A stretch of DNA of 64,000 bases from Mobula hypostoma (Eukaryota): contig NC_086106.1 in the NCBI RefSeq assembly GCF_963921235.1, forward strand, positions 29,202,001 through 29,266,000. The letters run 5' to 3'. A model generated the notes under the pieces. The model did not search any database, was not told the origin of the DNA, and saw only the letters and a list, made by a program, of their open reading frames with translations. Within the stretch, counting starts at the first letter, position 1, and each line of letters begins with the position of its first letter. This document shows, piece after piece, positions 59,795 to 64,000 of this stretch. The position numbers and the translations under genes were made by a program.

Positions 59795-60060
59795 TGATGA
59801 TGATGATGACGAGGCCTCGGCCTGTCAGGGTCGAACACAGATGTTCTGTCCTACCTGTCTACATACACAGGCCGGGGCAGTACAACATGGAGAGCAAGCT
59901 GCTGCCCCTCTCCGTGCATCTGATGAATCCAAAGGAATGGCAGAGACCGATACAGTTTGGTACTAGCAGCCTCACTGGATTTAACCAGTCAGCATTGAAT
60001 TCAATGTAGGACTGCCTTAGGGACTCCAGCTCCGGATTTTTCCCTTGGGGTCTTACCCAT
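59795..60060 (-). mobile_element. RTE-related SINE-like fragment with (cat)n tail
   Basis: gatgatgatgatgac, then ggagagcaagctg..ctgccttagggactccagctccggat; family recalled from memory, not verified. Confidence 0.45.
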
Positions 60061-60639
60061 TTAACAAACTAGGTTGAATAGTTACTTATTTGGAATTAAT
60101 ATGACAGGCATTTGTAATGGAGTTGTCAAGAAGCAATGCAGCATATATTGTTTGAATGCAATTCCCCTGAGGTGAAGAGGAAACATCTCATTGCTAAATT
60201 GAAATCTTTGGGACATGGAATAACATGGAATATTTGTTAGGATATCACTGACATCATAGTGTATGTAAGTGATTTGACTTTCTGAAAAGCTTGATTAGAT
60301 GTTTTGATATTTGAGGGTTTTTTTTGGGATGAGGAATTGAGTGGGTACACTTCCTGTATCTTTGCTCCACACTCCAACTTGGTAGGTGTCGATAACACAC
60401 CTTGTGTTGGTCTGCCAGTCCTTATTAAACTTTACAAGAAGGTTCTGTGGGGAGTGAAGTGTATGAGGGACAGTTGCTTGTACAAGGGCAGGAGCAGAAA
60501 GTTCCCAGAAACCGTTTGTGGAATCTCTGTGACAACCTGATAAACCACAGAGAGCCCAGTTTCAGACCAGCTCGCTAACCACCTGTGAATGTATGGATCT
60601 GTATTCCCACTTTGGGATGCTGATGGCCAGGGACAATGT

Positions 60640-61180
60640 GTTCCCGTGGTCGCTTCATGGCTGATGAGCTAACGGGGCCGAGGGAACAGGTAGTGTCAGG
60701 GTCACGGAGTTTCCCTTACCTGACTAGCCGGGGTCACCCATGTACCTGGAGAGTTTACACTGGATTAGATATCGAACTGTTGATCGGGTGAGCTCCTGCT
60801 GGAGATCTGCCGCCAGCGGACGAAACAAAACTAACGTGTCAGGTAGGAAAGTGTGCGGGAACACGGGTTTCGGACTCCGATAGAGAACCGAACGAAGACT
60901 AGTCAAGGAATCAGGCGATTGGAGAATCTCTCGGAACACAGAGATGGATCCAAAGTTATCGAGGGCACTGTGGGTGCGGAAATTTCAACTTCCACTCGGG
61001 ACCCACAGGTGATGACACCCGCTGCGCTCTGCTCTCCGCGGCTCAGACACCAGAGTGTGTTCGGGTGATGGCGGCTCAGAATAAAACGGCAACCAGAGTC
61101 AACATCGGTAGCTTCGGACTTGAGGGCGAACTGGCATAAAACCTGAAACTGGTCAGATAAACTAGCGGAAAGGGTCAGTT
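60640..61180. promoter_or_regulatory. Second CpG-rich non-repeat segment with a minus-strand splice donor (CAG|GTAAG at 60722-60715)
   Basis: CpG density above the flanks; cttacctg; no TE motifs recognised. Confidence 0.35.
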
Positions 61181-61224
61181 TGGTGCATTTAATAGTTCCA
61201 TGATGTCAGAGAGCTACAGAGTAG

Positions 61225-62165
61225 ATGCATGCCATTTGGCCATTCGAATTCCAAAGTTGTACTTATCCAAATTTTTTCTTAAATGTTGCAATCAAACTGG
61301 CATCCACCACTTCCGTTGGTAGCTCGTTCCACACTCTCGAAATCCCTCTGAGCGAAGTTGTTCCTCTCATGTTCCCCTTAAGAATTTCACCTTTCACCTT
61401 TAACCCCATGACCCCTAGCTTTGTCTCAACTAACCTCAGTGGAAAGTGCCTGCTTACATTTACCCCATCTGTATCTCTCATAATTTTGTATACCTCTATC
61501 CAATCTCCCCTCATTTTCTGACAATCCAGGGAATAAAAGTCCTGACCTATTAAATTTCCTTATAGCTCGGGTCCTCAGAACCCAGCAACTTCTTTGTAAA
61601 CTTTCTCTGTACACTTTCCATCTTATTGATGAAAGATACCAGATAAATTGTAAATCAGCAGATCCTGGGCTCGAAGGATGGTTGGGAAATTGAAAATGCT
61701 GTGGTGGGTTGTTTCAGAGAGCGTTTTCCCAGGGACAGACACCGGAGGGGTCAAGTTCAGAGGAGAGAGAGGAATCTTGCTGGAGAGTGGTGCAAAAAAA
61801 TATAGAAACAAGGATATGGACTTTTGCACTAGAACTCCCAAGTTCCTTTGCACCTCCAAAATCTAAATGCTCTTTCCATTTACAAATAGTCTTCATCTTC
61901 CTCTGACCAAAATGCATGATAATGCAGGAATGGTCTCCTTTGGTTCTTTAATGCCAGCACATACTTTCCTAAATCAAAATTGCTCAGATTGCTTTGAGCT
62001 GGTACTTGCTGGAGTTCAGAAGAATGACGGGGAATCTCATTGAAACTTATCAGATATTGAAAGGCCTATATAGAATGGACGTGGATGGGATGTTTTCTGT
62101 ATTGGGGGAGTCGAGGATGAGAGACCACAGACTCAGAATCCAAGAGCATCCCTTTGGAAGAGAGG
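61225..62165. mobile_element. Degraded CR1 fragments, both strands
   Basis: ORFs encode RGDWIEVYKIMR..VWNELP and LEFRRMTGNLIETYQILKG. Confidence 0.75.
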
Positions 62166-63065
62166 TGATCAAATGATGGATCAGAATCGATGGTCAATTG
62201 TCACCCCTCAGCCTATATCCCAGGGAAAGAAGCTACAGGTCATCCAGCTTCTCCTGATAACTCATGCCCTCCGGATCCCATAACATCACATTAATTTTAC
62301 ATTTCACTGGTTTTGACTTAAGTACACTGTCTGCTGCCTCTGTCTAATGTCTGTCATGATCAGACAGTATCAGGTTGTATCAGGCAGCATCTGCACAGAA
62401 AGATCCCTCCAACAGTATCAAGATGATTGTTCAGAACTTCGGCTGTTGCAGTTGCTGAAATGATAGCCCCAAGCCCCTGTGGACAGAGTTTGTTGATCAT
62501 GTTTGGAAAGGTTCCCACCCTGAGGACATCCCAATGTTCGATGTTGAATAGCCAATGATGAATTTGGAACGAGAGGTCAGAGGGATACATTAATTCAATG
62601 GGATGGGGGTGGAAGAAAGGATTTTAAATAGGGTTCTGGTCCAGTTAGACCTGGCTACAATACTTAACATGATATTTACAGAAGGGCCTTGAGGCAAATT
62701 CACTATAACATGGGATTTACTGGAGCAGACAGATGAAAACTGTTTCCTCTGGAAGTTTGGGCTTCAGTTCACTGTCCTGGTAAATGTTTAGATTCTGGAT
62801 CTGCTGATATTTTCTCTTTTGGCACCTGACATCCAGTTGTTGGACCTGGATTGTATTTCCTGGCTGTATTTGTACAGTTCACACATCCCAATCAGTCTGC
62901 CTGCCTTTCCCAATGCAATTGGCGGACTAGGAAGATGTTCTGGTTTGAATAGACCCAATGGTCGCCAACCTACCCAGAATCCTCTACACTCTAGGAACCT
63001 GTCTTTCTGTCTAAAGCGATGTGGGTTTCACCATCAGCTGTCTCACGGTAAAAGCAGGTCTGGGT

Positions 63066-63845
63066 ATAACCATATAACGTATAACCATATAACAATTACA
63101 GCACGGAAACAGGCCATCTCGGCCCTTCTAGTCCGTGCCAAACTCTTACTCTCACCTAGTCCCACCGACCTGCACTCAGCCCATAACCCTCCATCCCTTT
63201 CCTGTCCATATATCTATCTAATTTAACTTTAAACGACAACATCGAACCTGCTTCAACCACTTCTGCTGGAAGCTCATTCCACACAGCTACCACTCTCTGA
63301 GTAAAGAAGTTCCCCCTCATGTTACCCCTAAACTTTTGCCCTTTAACTCTCAACTCATGTCCTCTTGTTTGAATCTCCCCCACTCTCAATGGAAAAAGCC
63401 TATCCACATCAACTCTATCTATCCCCCTCATAATTTTAAATACCTCTATCAAGTCTCCCCTCAACCTTCTATGTTCCAAAGAATAAAGACCCAACTTGTT
63501 CAACCTTTCTCTGTAACTTAGGTGATGAAACCCAGGTAACATTCTAGTAAATCTTCTCCATTCTCTATTTTGTTGACATCTTTCCTATAATTCGGTGACC
63601 AAAACTGTACACAATACTCCAAATTTGGCCTCACCAATGCCTTGTACAATTTCAACATTACATTCCAACTCCTATACTCAATGCTCTGATTTATAAAGGC
63701 CAGCATACCAAGAGCTTTCTTCACCATCCTATCCACATGAGATTCCACCTTCAGGGAACTATGCACCATTATTCCTAGATCCCTCTGTTCGACTGCATTC
63801 TTCAGTGCCCTACCATTTATCATGTATGTCCTATTTTGATTAGTA
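63066..63845 (-). mobile_element. Young CR1 3' fragment
   Basis: ORFs 63156..63542 and 63518..63958 encode LYKALVRPNLEYCVQFWSP and RRLRGDLIEVFK. Confidence 0.93.
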
Positions 63846-64000
63846 TGCCCCAGTGTGACTGCCCGTGGTGTTACTAGAGACTGCATCAGTTCCCTCCCAT
63901 CAGCAGACTGCTGCTTGGTGCCAAGTGTGTTGATTAAAGTCACAACCTGATGTCCCACTCCTATCTGGTCCTGTGTTCCGCAGTGTCCCTCCGCCCGGGG

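Noticed and set aside
59920-59955. ctgatgaatccaaagg...ccgatac as a hammerhead
   Set aside because: The second box is GAUA rather than GAAA, stems are unconvincing, and it lies within a SINE-like repeat.
60661-60690. ctgatgagctaacggggccgaggg as a hammerhead
   Set aside because: CUGAUGA is present but there is no GAAA box after a stem II and no stem I/III pairing.

Overview
This is vertebrate nuclear DNA, not prokaryotic. The repeat repertoire (shark/ray-type CR1, Rex1/Babar, Penelope-like elements, V-SINE-like SINEs) suggests a cartilaginous fish, probably a batoid; that assignment is inference. Most of the window is nested transposable elements. These include a full-length L1 with a 13-bp TSD (3008-8745), a full-length RTE LINE with a 12-bp TSD nested inside a Penelope-like element, two Gypsy-type solo LTRs with 4-bp TSDs, an IR/DR Tc1, a Harbinger derivative with a TAA TSD, SINEs, and several epsilon-like endogenous retrovirus (ERV) relics. 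The most complete ERV is an LTR-PBS(Ser)-gag-pro-pol-env-PPT-LTR provirus at 34159-42437. The host genes are two paralogous minus-strand C2H2 zinc-finger genes with no visible effector domain. ZNF-B (47788-48993, 14 fingers) is intact and has a CpG-rich, probably bidirectional promoter at about 52.4-53.1 kb. ZNF-A (28421-29182) is damaged and runs into a Penelope terminal repeat. The most notable leads are a candidate 2H-phosphoesterase (HxT motif) domain between protease and RT of the provirus, an apparent A/T-to-G/C substitution bias across that provirus, a minimal hammerhead ribozyme in a young Penelope copy, recent finger duplication in ZNF-B, and an inverted paralogous block with a 40-bp highly conserved core. 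All family assignments come from motif recognition by eye; no database search was run, and boundaries of degraded fragments are approximate.
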